DNA of 22,910 nt from Candidatus Heimdallarchaeota archaeon (GTDB taxonomy: Archaea; Asgardarchaeota; Heimdallarchaeia; Hodarchaeales; Hodarchaeaceae). A program made the position numbers and the translations under genes. The notes under the pieces were generated by a model. That model was not told where the DNA came from, made no database searches, and saw nothing but the letters and a program-made list of their open reading frames with translations. How positions within the stretch are numbered: the stretch's first letter is position 1; every line of letters begins with the position of its first letter. The DNA lies in NCBI GenBank assembly GCA_048881705.1, contig JBHLSH010000066.1, forward strand, positions 1-22,910, read 5' to 3'. Shown in pieces: positions 1 through 8,474 of the stretch.

Positions 1-153
1 GGGTAATTTCAATTGAAAACCTTTTGAAGTGAAAGTATACATGTTAGACATAAATCCAAAGAACCACAAATCTCGCTTTAAACCATAAAAACAGTGTCCT
101 GTGCTTGAAGGAGTACCTCCCGCATATTCCTAGATTACTTGTCTATCATCCAT
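1..153 (-). CDS. Possible 5' part of a gene running off the left edge, with one in-frame TAG at 132..130 (readthrough candidate or pseudogene); alternative start ATG at 51
   Basis: Manual translation from ATG 153..151: MDDRQVI*EYAGGTPSSTGHCFYGLKRDLWFFGFMSNMYTFTSKGFQLKLP, open to position 1. Purine-rich GGGGTTGAGGT lies just upstream. No family recognised. Confidence 0.3.
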
Positions 154-253
154 GGTACCTCAACCCCTATAAATGTAGATTTGGGTCCTCTCCATGTTAA
201 CCAAAGAGTGGATATTAGAGGACTTAAAATAAAAATAACACTGAGGTGTTTCC

Positions 254-1171
254 TTGAAATTGAATTTTGGAATTAAACCTCTGGAATATGACTTATTAAG
301 ACTGCTAACAAACCACGAGAAAAGGAAATCTCTCCAAACTCTAGTTGCAATTTTTGAAAGAGCACAAGAGTTCGGTTTTCAGCATTTTGAGATAGCTTGG
401 GACTATCGGTATGCATTGCCGAATTTGGTTACTGAAGCAAGAATAGCTGAACTGGCTGAATTTAAGGACGATAATAACGTAACATTTACATTGCATGCAC
501 CGATCTGGGGGGGAATAGAGCTCGCTTCGCATGTAGAAAAGGTCAGACGGGCATCCGTCGATATTTTAATTGACTCCCTTCAAACTTCTAAGGAATTAAA
601 GCCAGAAAGAATGGTGATCCATCTAAGCGGCGAGTTTGCTAACAACCTTTCATCACTCAATCCCTTAAAAGAAAACCACGCGCTTGAGTTGATCATCTCT
701 TCTATGGAGAAAAGTCTTACTGAAATCATATCCAAATCTGGAAAAAGCCCAAATTTCTTTTCTATTGAAAATATAGAATTCCCATTGGATATATTTCTAA
801 ATATAGTGAGAAATAAAAAAGCAAAACTCTGCTTAGACACTGGTCATTTCTTAGCGGGTACAAAACAAGCCAGTGCAGAGGATTTGGATTTGATGAACTT
901 TCTCAGGTCCTACCTTGATGAAATAGATGTGATTCATGCTCACGACGGAGGGATTTTTTGGCATAAATCTGGCAATTTTCTTCCTGATGATCACCGTGCA
1001 CTCGGAAATGGAATTATTCCTTGGAAGGATATGGTTGCCCACCTGATTGATCAAAAATTCTCTAACCCAATTATATTTCAATTGACTCTAGCCGATGCTA
1101 AGCAATCTCTTGAACTTATTGCAAATGAGTTTCCTGACGCAGTTGGAGAGGAGTTCGGAATTATAAGATAA
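254..1171 (+). CDS. Sugar-phosphate isomerase/epimerase / AP-endonuclease-2 family TIM-barrel metalloprotein
   Basis: Motifs in family order: TLHAP, VIHLSG, SIENIE, CLDTGH, IHAHDG, DDHRALGNG. TTG start preceded by GAGGTG at 243..248. Confidence 0.8.
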   Translation: MKLNFGIKPLEYDLLRLLTNHEKRKSLQTLVAIFERAQEFGFQHFEIAWDYRYALPNLVTEARIAELAEFKDDNNVTFTLHAPIWGGIELASHVEKVRRASVDILIDSLQTSKELKPERMVIHLSGEFANNLSSLNPLKENHALELIISSMEKSLTEIISKSGKSPNFFSIENIEFPLDIFLNIVRNKKAKLCLDTGHFLAGTKQASAEDLDLMNFLRSYLDEIDVIHAHDGGIFWHKSGNFLPDDHRALGNGIIPWKDMVAHLIDQKFSNPIIFQLTLADAKQSLELIANEFPDAVGEEFGIIR

Positions 1172-1220
1172 TAAGATTCGATCAGTAGCCGCACAACAGA
1201 TTCTGTTTGAGTGAGAAAGC

Positions 1221-2171
1221 GTGTTTAGTTTGAAAAGAATACCGAATTGGTTTCTCTTTCTGTTCCTCTCATTTTTAGTCCTTGCGGCATCTATCTCCTA
1301 TATGGAAATCTCCTCAAATCCTCGAGGAATTTCACCTGTGGAAAAGATTAAGGTCGCTGCAACTACTGGGATGATTGCAGACATTGCTCAGATAATTGGA
1401 GGTAATATTATAAAAGTAACTGGTCTGATGGGTTCTGGAGTCGATCCACATCTCTATAAGGCAACGGCGGGAGACCTAGATACCCTTTCAAATGCTGAGA
1501 TAATTTTTTTCAGTGGTTTACACCTTGAAGCAGGTCTTAGCAAAATCTTGGAAGTTGTCGCAAACGGCAAAGCAGTTACGGATGATATTCCACGGGATGA
1601 ACTTCTTGGAGATGTTCAATTTGTAAACCAGTTCGATCCTCACGTCTGGTTCGATGTAGAGTTCTGGATGGAAGCGGTCAAAACAGTTAATCATACGCTT
1701 GGTCTATATTTCCCCGGTTATGGACCGATATTCGATGCCAATACGAGAATCTATTTAGAGAAGCTAGGGGCTCTGCATGAATACGTAATAAATCGATCGC
1801 AGGAACTTCCTAAAGCACAAAGAGTACTTGTAACAGCCCATGATGCTTTTCGATATTTTGGGAAGAAATATGATTTTGAAGTTGTAGGGTTACAAGGAAT
1901 AAGTACTGTTACCGAGGCAGGAACTGCAGATGTATCTGAACTAGCGGATTTCATTCTCGAACGCCAAATACGTGCCATATTCGTCGAATCCTCAGTCCCT
2001 CAGAGAACGATAGAAGCGGTGATTGAAGCATGTGCAGATCGAGGTTGGGTTGTTAACATTGGTGGGAGCCTGTTCTCTGACGCAATGGGAGACTCAGGCA
2101 CCTTCGAAGGTACGTATATAGGAATGGTGACCCATAATATCGACACTATTGTTGATGCACTCTCTGGTTAG
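1221..2171 (+). CDS. troA: Mn/Zn ABC transporter substrate-binding protein (TroA/MntA-like)
   Basis: N-terminal hydrophobic anchor, VAATTGMIAD start of domain, His3Asp ligand set DPHLY, DPHVW, AHDAF, FSDAMG. Confidence 0.92.
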   Translation: MFSLKRIPNWFLFLFLSFLVLAASISYMEISSNPRGISPVEKIKVAATTGMIADIAQIIGGNIIKVTGLMGSGVDPHLYKATAGDLDTLSNAEIIFFSGLHLEAGLSKILEVVANGKAVTDDIPRDELLGDVQFVNQFDPHVWFDVEFWMEAVKTVNHTLGLYFPGYGPIFDANTRIYLEKLGALHEYVINRSQELPKAQRVLVTAHDAFRYFGKKYDFEVVGLQGISTVTEAGTADVSELADFILERQIRAIFVESSVPQRTIEAVIEACADRGWVVNIGGSLFSDAMGDSGTFEGTYIGMVTHNIDTIVDALSG

Positions 2172-2198
2172 TACAATTACTTGGTAAAAAGTCTATAG

Positions 2199-2963
2199 GT
2201 GAACATCGTGAACAACCTCAAAAATGGAATGGCAATCGAAGTGTCAAACCTTACCGTAGCATACAGAGATACCCCTGTGCTATGGGATGTTAGTTTTTCT
2301 ATTCCAAAAACTGAATTTCTCGCGATCGTTGGACCAAATGGTGCAGGAAAATCTACCCTGATTAAAGCGATTCTGGGGTTAATAAAACCCGTCGCAGGCT
2401 CCATTAAGGTATTTGGCAAGGATAGCGGACACCTACCCAAGAAACATCAGCTTATTGGGTATGTCCCACAACGAGGCAGTGTCGACTGGGATTTTCCGAC
2501 AAATTGCCTGGATGTTGTTATGATGGGGCGTTATGGTCATTTGGGGTGGTTTAGGAGACCGGGAAAACACGAAAAAAAAGCTGCACTAGAAGCGTTGGAG
2601 AAATTTGGACTCAAAGAACTAGCCATGAGACAGATAAGCCAATTATCAGGGGGTCAGCAGCAACGGGTCTTTTTAGCTCGTGCTTATGTCCAAGATGCGG
2701 ACATATACTTTCTAGACGAACCTTTTGCCGGAGTTGATGCCAAAACTGAAAAGGCATTGGTTACATTGCTGCAAGAACTAACAAAGAAAGGCAAAACCAT
2801 CATTGCCGTGCAGCATGACCTTCAAACGTTGGCTGAGTACTTTTCATCCGTTATGCTGTTGAATAGAAGAAAAATTGCTATTGGTATCACGTCAAAGGTA
2901 TTGACTCCGGAAAACATCGAACGTACTTATGGCGGTACAATCCCGTTATTAAAAAGCCGTTGA
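2199..2963 (+). CDS. troB: Mn/Zn ABC transporter ATP-binding subunit (TroB/MntB-like); start may be ATG 2229
   Basis: Walker A GPNGAGKST, YVPQR Q-loop, LSGGQ signature, Walker B FLDEPF, QHDL H-loop, DWDFP motif typical of metal importers. Confidence 0.93.
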   Translation: MNIVNNLKNGMAIEVSNLTVAYRDTPVLWDVSFSIPKTEFLAIVGPNGAGKSTLIKAILGLIKPVAGSIKVFGKDSGHLPKKHQLIGYVPQRGSVDWDFPTNCLDVVMMGRYGHLGWFRRPGKHEKKAALEALEKFGLKELAMRQISQLSGGQQQRVFLARAYVQDADIYFLDEPFAGVDAKTEKALVTLLQELTKKGKTIIAVQHDLQTLAEYFSSVMLLNRRKIAIGITSKVLTPENIERTYGGTIPLLKSR

Positions 2964-2990
2964 AGGCTTAAGAAGTGTCAAAGTGATACT

Positions 2991-4130
2991 ATGATAGACT
3001 TACTGATAGAAATTATTACGAACCATACGATAAGAACTGTGGCAATCGGCGCAGGAATTATCGGATTCGTATCGGGTAGTTTGGGAGCATTTGCTTTCTT
3101 ACGTCGGCAAAGCTTGCTTGGTGATGCTATTTCCCACGCTACATTACCTGGGGTTGCCCTCCTCTTTTTGCTCACTCTAAGTAAAGAACCGATAACGCTA
3201 TTGTTCGGGGCGGCGCTCGCAGGCATTTTAGGAGTTCTTCTGATTACCCTTATAACACGTTATTCCTCATTACATCGAACTACCGCGCTAGGTATCATCC
3301 TTTCAGTCTTTTTTGGATTTGGCATAGTTTTGTTGACCATCATACAAGAAATTCCGACCGCAGCTCAAGCAGGATTATCTACCTTCCTCTTCGGAAATGC
3401 AGCAACACTACTTCAAAGAGACATCGAGGTTATGTTCATTCTGAGTATTATTTCATTATTACTGCTTGCCTTGTTTTGGAATCAGTTTAAATTGATTGTT
3501 TTCGATCCAGATTTCGCGTTATCCCTCGGTTTCCCAGTTCGGAAGCTTGACATATTCCTTACGTGTCTTTTGGTAATAGCAATAATCATAGGACTCCAAA
3601 CCGTTGGTGTAATCCTTATGAGTGCAATGGTAGTTGGTCCAGCCGCCGCTGCACGACAATGGACAAACCGTTTAGATCATATGGTGATCTCTTCAGGGAT
3701 AATAGGTTCAGGTGCCGGGGTGATAGGATCAATTATTAGTGGTACAACAACAAAACTTCCGACAGGTCCCGTAATAATCGTTATTGTAACTTTACTGGTA
3801 GTTGTGTCATTTTTCTTGTCGCCAAACCGAGGATTACTTTGGGAATGGACGCGCGTGAGAAGAAACAGAGGGAAATTCGAACTATTTAATGCACTAGGTG
3901 ATTTTCTACATGAATCTTCACCAGAATTTATTGATAAATTTCCGTCTGAGATTGCTGTCGCGGAAATCGATTCAGAAAGGGATGATCCTTTTCCCTATCT
4001 TAAAGCTCTTGAAGGACTTGGCTGGATTCATAGGATTTCAGAAGGATATTGGGGTTTAACCTATCGTGGTCTCAAAGAAGCAAAACGTATTGGATTAAAG
4101 GAAGTCGAAAAACATGTCAGCCCAAACTGA
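2991..4130 (+). CDS. troC: Mn/Zn ABC transporter permease (TroC/MntC-like) with soluble C-terminal winged-helix extension
   Basis: LLGDAISHATLPG, FDPDFA, VGVILMSAMVVGPAAAA ABC-3 permease motifs. About 95 hydrophilic residues follow SPNRG. Confidence 0.9.
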   Translation: MIDLLIEIITNHTIRTVAIGAGIIGFVSGSLGAFAFLRRQSLLGDAISHATLPGVALLFLLTLSKEPITLLFGAALAGILGVLLITLITRYSSLHRTTALGIILSVFFGFGIVLLTIIQEIPTAAQAGLSTFLFGNAATLLQRDIEVMFILSIISLLLLALFWNQFKLIVFDPDFALSLGFPVRKLDIFLTCLLVIAIIIGLQTVGVILMSAMVVGPAAAARQWTNRLDHMVISSGIIGSGAGVIGSIISGTTTKLPTGPVIIVIVTLLVVVSFFLSPNRGLLWEWTRVRRNRGKFELFNALGDFLHESSPEFIDKFPSEIAVAEIDSERDDPFPYLKALEGLGWIHRISEGYWGLTYRGLKEAKRIGLKEVEKHVSPN

Positions 4131-5016
4131 AATCTTGTTGATCTCAGCTGTCGTAGCCGTTTCTTGTGCTCTACCTGGAACTTTTTTAGTATTAAGAAAA
4201 ATGGCACTTATTAGTGATGCAATAAGCCACTCCATTCTATTAGGAATTGTTATTGCGTTTTTCATTACTCCTGATCTGAATTCACCGTTGCTGATTGTTG
4301 GAGCAGCTTTGATGGGAGTTATGACCGTTACATTGACCGAGATAATTGTTCGGACCAGAAGGGTCAAAGAAGATGCAGCAATTGGCCTTGTATTCCCATT
4401 CCTATTTTCATTAGGTGTAATATTAATTACACGATTTGCGGGTAATGTGCATTTAGACATTGATGCAGTTTTGAGTGGTGAAGTTATTTTGACGCCCTTT
4501 GATCGTCTTAAAATTGACGAGATAGACTTAGGACCGAGGGCGTTCTGGGTAATGATTGGAATTTTGGTTTTAAATTTGTGCTTTATTATATTATTTTACA
4601 AGGAACTAAAAATCGTAACTTTTGATCAACAACTTGCAGCCTCGCTAGGTATTAACGTCGGGTTTATTCATTACGGACTTATGACTATTACAAGTGTAAC
4701 TGCAGTTGGAGCCTTTGATTCCGTTGGGACTATTCTTGTTGTAGCGCTTATGATAGTTCCTCCTGCAACGGCATATCTTTTAACGGAGAACCTGAGTGAT
4801 ATGATAGGGATGAGTGTCTTGGTAGCGATAATATCCTCGACAGCTGGATTTTTCATTGCTCAATTGTTTAATACCTCAATATCAGGCTCTATGACCACCA
4901 TATGTGGAATAATTTTCTTTATAGTGTTATTTTTTGCCCCAAGACGTGGAATTTTACAGAAGTACTTTCGGCATGGCCAATTAGGGGCCAAATCCTCTGT
5001 ACGTATTGAAAACTAA
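4114..5016 (+). CDS. troD: Mn/Zn ABC transporter permease (TroD/MntD-like)
   Basis: LISDAISHSILLG, VKEDAAIG, FDQQLA, VGTILVVALMIVPPATA. Overlaps the upstream permease by 17 nt. Confidence 0.9.
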   Translation: MSAQTEILLISAVVAVSCALPGTFLVLRKMALISDAISHSILLGIVIAFFITPDLNSPLLIVGAALMGVMTVTLTEIIVRTRRVKEDAAIGLVFPFLFSLGVILITRFAGNVHLDIDAVLSGEVILTPFDRLKIDEIDLGPRAFWVMIGILVLNLCFIILFYKELKIVTFDQQLAASLGINVGFIHYGLMTITSVTAVGAFDSVGTILVVALMIVPPATAYLLTENLSDMIGMSVLVAIISSTAGFFIAQLFNTSISGSMTTICGIIFFIVLFFAPRRGILQKYFRHGQLGAKSSVRIEN

Positions 5017-5048
5017 AGCACTTGGAATTAAATCGGTGTTTTCGATCG

Positions 5049-5110
5049 GATCTTGGCCAAAAATGAAATTTCTTTTTTCACACCCTTTTGATTTTATTTA
5101 TCTCTCCTCT
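5049..5110 (+). terminator. T-rich tract after troD, possible archaeal oligo-T terminator
   Basis: tttcttttttcacacccttttgattttattt lies shortly downstream of the troD stop. Confidence 0.35.
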
Positions 5111-5262
5111 AGTTTACGCTTTATCTTTAGCGGTAAAGGACATATCAGAGAAATTAAAGGGATTTAACCATCCTACCAAAACAGATACAAAGGAAGAACC
5201 TATATTACGATTTCCTCCATGATTATGTATAAGAGACCCTACAATTCGACCTTTTACACCCG

Positions 5263-6552
5263 ATGATAACCAAAGGTACACTTGAAAAAGGCACGTTTCT
5301 TGAATTACCCTTCGATCAAAAGTTTAGTGGTCTAGATGAAGGATTCGAGAAATGGTTAGATGTGGCTAAAGATCGGATTTTTTCGCTTGCAGCAGGAAAT
5401 CGGATCGCTCAGATAGCTCCGCGAATAATGCGAATCGGATATGCCAAGGTTTTATATGGCGTAAATCAACTGGGGGCCGATGTGGAAGCTTCAAAATCAT
5501 TTGTGATATTCGCGCCTGACGGAACCTGTTCGTTTAATGGCGTAAGAACCAAGCGTGGCTTTGCTTACGGTGCAGTCCTAGATATGGAATTTGATGGACT
5601 TATAGCAACTAATAACTCCATGCCTAATGGATGTGGATACAGTCTTTACGAGCTAATCGACCCCCTGCCAGATGATCAGTTATTCAATCTAATCAATTCG
5701 GCGTATACGAGGTTAGGAGAAGATCAGATAAATCAATTAGGCAAAGGTAACCATTTTTCTGCGATTTATTATGTTAAAGACCCCTTGTCAGGTGAAGATA
5801 GCGGACGTCGGTTTGTTGCTGTTCATTGTTCTGGACACGTGGGAACGGATACGCTTTATTATCCCGAGAAGTGGTTGAAAGATACCGCGGGCTACCATGA
5901 AATTCATACCCCTCATGGAAAGGTTATCTTACTAGAAGATGATGCAAAAAGCCTTTACCTCAAAAGATTCCAAAACACAGATACGATAAATACCTTCAAC
6001 AGAGACCATACGATGGAGAGTATATTTAAAAACCAACAGGAATGGCGGATACTAAGCAAAATTACCCATCAAGGATTAATAAATGACGGAAAAGTGCACC
6101 TAACTGGCACTCAAATTGCTGAGGGTATTGTACCGATTGCATTCAATCCTGAAGAGGGCTTGATCGGAGTGGAGATAAAACCTAATCTAAACGCAGGATT
6201 CGTAGATAGGTGGGAATATGGGCAGAAGATTAAGGATATGGGGGTGTACGATAAGGTTAAAGCACTTAATTTCGCTCCCCATGGCGGAGGATATGAATTT
6301 CGATTTCCTTTGGAATACTTTAACGTTCATTTGGGACCAAATGGCATTGATCAATTTGATCTCCAGTTTAAGGGGAACGGTGTCCAATTGCAGTTTAGAA
6401 ATTTCCGAGAAATCCGAAATTGGATGACTTATCGCCGCAAAACTCCACTAGTTCATAAGATGGGGGAATCGGATCTTGTCAAGATTATTTATGATATGCC
6501 ATGTCTCATCCAAATCTATCCGCACCATAATGTGCCCGGCGGTCATTCTTAG
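5263..6552 (+). CDS. Divergent RtcB-family (3'-phosphate/5'-OH) RNA ligase-like protein
   Basis: Colinear matches to RtcB motifs: APD...GFAYGAV (LPD...GFPIGGV), NGCG (DINCG), QLGKGNHF (LGSGNHF), VHCSG (VHTGS), THQG (HRKG), PHGGG (HGAGR). Confidence 0.7.
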   Translation: MITKGTLEKGTFLELPFDQKFSGLDEGFEKWLDVAKDRIFSLAAGNRIAQIAPRIMRIGYAKVLYGVNQLGADVEASKSFVIFAPDGTCSFNGVRTKRGFAYGAVLDMEFDGLIATNNSMPNGCGYSLYELIDPLPDDQLFNLINSAYTRLGEDQINQLGKGNHFSAIYYVKDPLSGEDSGRRFVAVHCSGHVGTDTLYYPEKWLKDTAGYHEIHTPHGKVILLEDDAKSLYLKRFQNTDTINTFNRDHTMESIFKNQQEWRILSKITHQGLINDGKVHLTGTQIAEGIVPIAFNPEEGLIGVEIKPNLNAGFVDRWEYGQKIKDMGVYDKVKALNFAPHGGGYEFRFPLEYFNVHLGPNGIDQFDLQFKGNGVQLQFRNFREIRNWMTYRRKTPLVHKMGESDLVKIIYDMPCLIQIYPHHNVPGGHS

Positions 6553-6564
6553 GTACATTGGTCA

Positions 6565-6604
6565 GTTTTTCCCTCACTCATCCTTATTCTCTTATTTTCT
6601 CTCT
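6565..6604 (+). terminator. Pyrimidine-rich tract after the RtcB-like gene, possible terminator
   Basis: gtttttccctcactcatccttattctcttattttctctct begins about 12 nt after the stop. Confidence 0.3.
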
Positions 6605-6733
6605 AAGTCTACCATAATTTATCAAATACTTGATCGATGGCCTTTTTTACTTTGTAAGGCTAGCATCACCAGATACGTTTAGCACGATTTACTAAACCTA
6701 TTTTGACTGATTAGCAATGAACGTGATTGAAAT

Positions 6734-7999
6734 TTGTCCCAAGGTTACAAACTGATCAAGCGAAGAATTTTTCAGCCAGGTTTCTCGTTTACTCAGGCGG
6801 ATATTGATTTAATAATTTCTAGCATCACTTCTGGTGAACTTTCTCCGTTAGAGGCCTCCGTATTTATTACAAGTCAGATTTTTCAAACCTGGAGCATTGA
6901 AGAGATTGTTTCTCTAACCAAGGCCATTGCATTCTCGGGAAACACGGTGGACTGGGATGGCGCCATGACATTCGACAAACACTCGTTGGGCGGGGTTCCA
7001 GGTAATAAAGTCACACTGTTGATTGTCCCAATAATAGCCGCTGCTGGATTAAAAATCCCTAAAACGAGTAGTCGGGCCATAACAAGCCCTAGCGGAACCG
7101 CGGATACAGTTGAAGCGCTTGGAGCTTCTGTTAAGTTCACACTAGACGAAATGAAGGATATTGCTAATGACGTTGGCGGGCTTTTTGCGTGGACTGAGGG
7201 GTTAGGGATAGTTCCTGCTGATGCCAGAATTATACAAGATGTCCAATTTCCCTTAGGAATTGACCCTGAACCCATGATGATGGCTTCTATTCTTGCAAAA
7301 AAGGTGGCAATGGGAATAAAGTTTCTGGCATTGGATATCCCGACGGGAGTTGGAACCAAGGCTAAAGATCTTAATACTGCGAAACGGTTCGCCCATAGAT
7401 TCGCAGAATTGGGGAGAAACCTAGGAGTACAGATCGAAAGTGGAATGACTTATGGTTCGTCCCCAGTTGGCCATGCCATAGGCCCCGCGTTGGAGGCTCG
7501 AGAGGCCCTGGCGGCATTGAAAGATCCAAAAAGGGCCTCTGAGTCCCTGGTAGGGAAAAGTACCTCACTCGCAGGAATTCTTTTGGAAATGAGCGGCAAG
7601 GTTATAGCAGGAAGTGGTCCCGATATGGCTCGTGAAATTCTTTTCTCGGGAAAGGCATATCAAAAATTCCAAGAGATTTTAGAAGCCCAATCTGCGGATC
7701 CAAAAATTAAACCAGAGGATATTGAGATAGGGAGCGAAATATACGAGTACAAGGCCTCCCAAAATGGTTGGGTAGTTGAGATCAACAATGAAGTCATATC
7801 TCGCGCAGCCCGGAGTGCTGGAGCTCCTAAGGATAAAAGGGCCGGAATACAATTCTACAAGAAAAAAGATAGCGTGAAACGTGGCGATGTGATATTCTCG
7901 CTTCATGCATCATCTTCCCAAAACCTATATGCGGCTGAGGCCGAGTTGGCCAAGAGCCTACCAGTCACCATTGAAGGGATGTTATTAGCTAGAGAATGA
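6734..7999 (+). CDS. AMP phosphorylase (archaeal thymidine-phosphorylase family), lacking the usual N-terminal domain
   Basis: DKHSLGGVPGNK, IPKTSSRAITSPSGTAD, ASILAKK, LDIPTG, GHAIGPALEA, AGAPKDKRAGI are AMP-phosphorylase-type rather than DeoA-type (DKHSTGGVGD). Confidence 0.88.
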   Translation: MSQGYKLIKRRIFQPGFSFTQADIDLIISSITSGELSPLEASVFITSQIFQTWSIEEIVSLTKAIAFSGNTVDWDGAMTFDKHSLGGVPGNKVTLLIVPIIAAAGLKIPKTSSRAITSPSGTADTVEALGASVKFTLDEMKDIANDVGGLFAWTEGLGIVPADARIIQDVQFPLGIDPEPMMMASILAKKVAMGIKFLALDIPTGVGTKAKDLNTAKRFAHRFAELGRNLGVQIESGMTYGSSPVGHAIGPALEAREALAALKDPKRASESLVGKSTSLAGILLEMSGKVIAGSGPDMAREILFSGKAYQKFQEILEAQSADPKIKPEDIEIGSEIYEYKASQNGWVVEINNEVISRAARSAGAPKDKRAGIQFYKKKDSVKRGDVIFSLHASSSQNLYAAEAELAKSLPVTIEGMLLARE

Positions 8000-8046
8000 A
8001 ATCGCCTTTAGAATCACGTATGATGATCAGAAAGGCCTTTTGATAG

Positions 8047-8430
8047 ATGGGGTATGTGTTTTTGTCCAAAAATCGGTTATTCGATGCAATTCAACCTTTT
8101 ATTCGATATTGTCGTGATATGCAAGATGCCATAATTATTGTAGAAGGAACCCGTGACCGACAAACACTCCAAGAGCTCGGTATTTTAAATTTGGTTGTGG
8201 TTAAGGGAGGGAAATCGGTGGATGAAGTAATAGATCTAATTGACGAGCGAAAACGTGTAATTATCCTGACAGATTTTGATAAAGAAGGAAAGCGATTAAG
8301 GAGGGAGTTTAAAAGAAGAATTCAACGTCACAAGGGAATCATCATTGATTCATTTGCTCGCCATTTTCTTTACAAAGTATGTCGGGAAAGGGGAGTAACA
8401 GAAATTGAAAATCTAGATCGTCTATTCTAG
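8047..8430 (+). CDS. Small stand-alone Toprim-domain protein (RNase M5/primase-like)
   Basis: IIVEGTRD and ILTDFDKEG Toprim acidic motifs in a 127-aa protein. Confidence 0.85.
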   Translation: MGYVFLSKNRLFDAIQPFIRYCRDMQDAIIIVEGTRDRQTLQELGILNLVVVKGGKSVDEVIDLIDERKRVIILTDFDKEGKRLRREFKRRIQRHKGIIIDSFARHFLYKVCRERGVTEIENLDRLF

Positions 8431-8474
8431 GGAAAATATCTTCATAGAACAGGTAAATTGTCTACATAGTTAAG

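Noticed and set aside
6550-6606. Readthrough of the RtcB-like TAG would add a hydrophobic tail (VHWSVFPSLILILLFSL)
   Set aside because: Hydrophobicity is an expected artefact of translating a T/C-rich tract, with no independent support.
6476-6733. ORF 6476..6682 or the gap as a split N-terminal domain of AMP phosphorylase
   Set aside because: The translation shows no resemblance to the beta-rich N-domain, overlaps the RtcB-like gene and crosses a pyrimidine-rich terminator-like tract.
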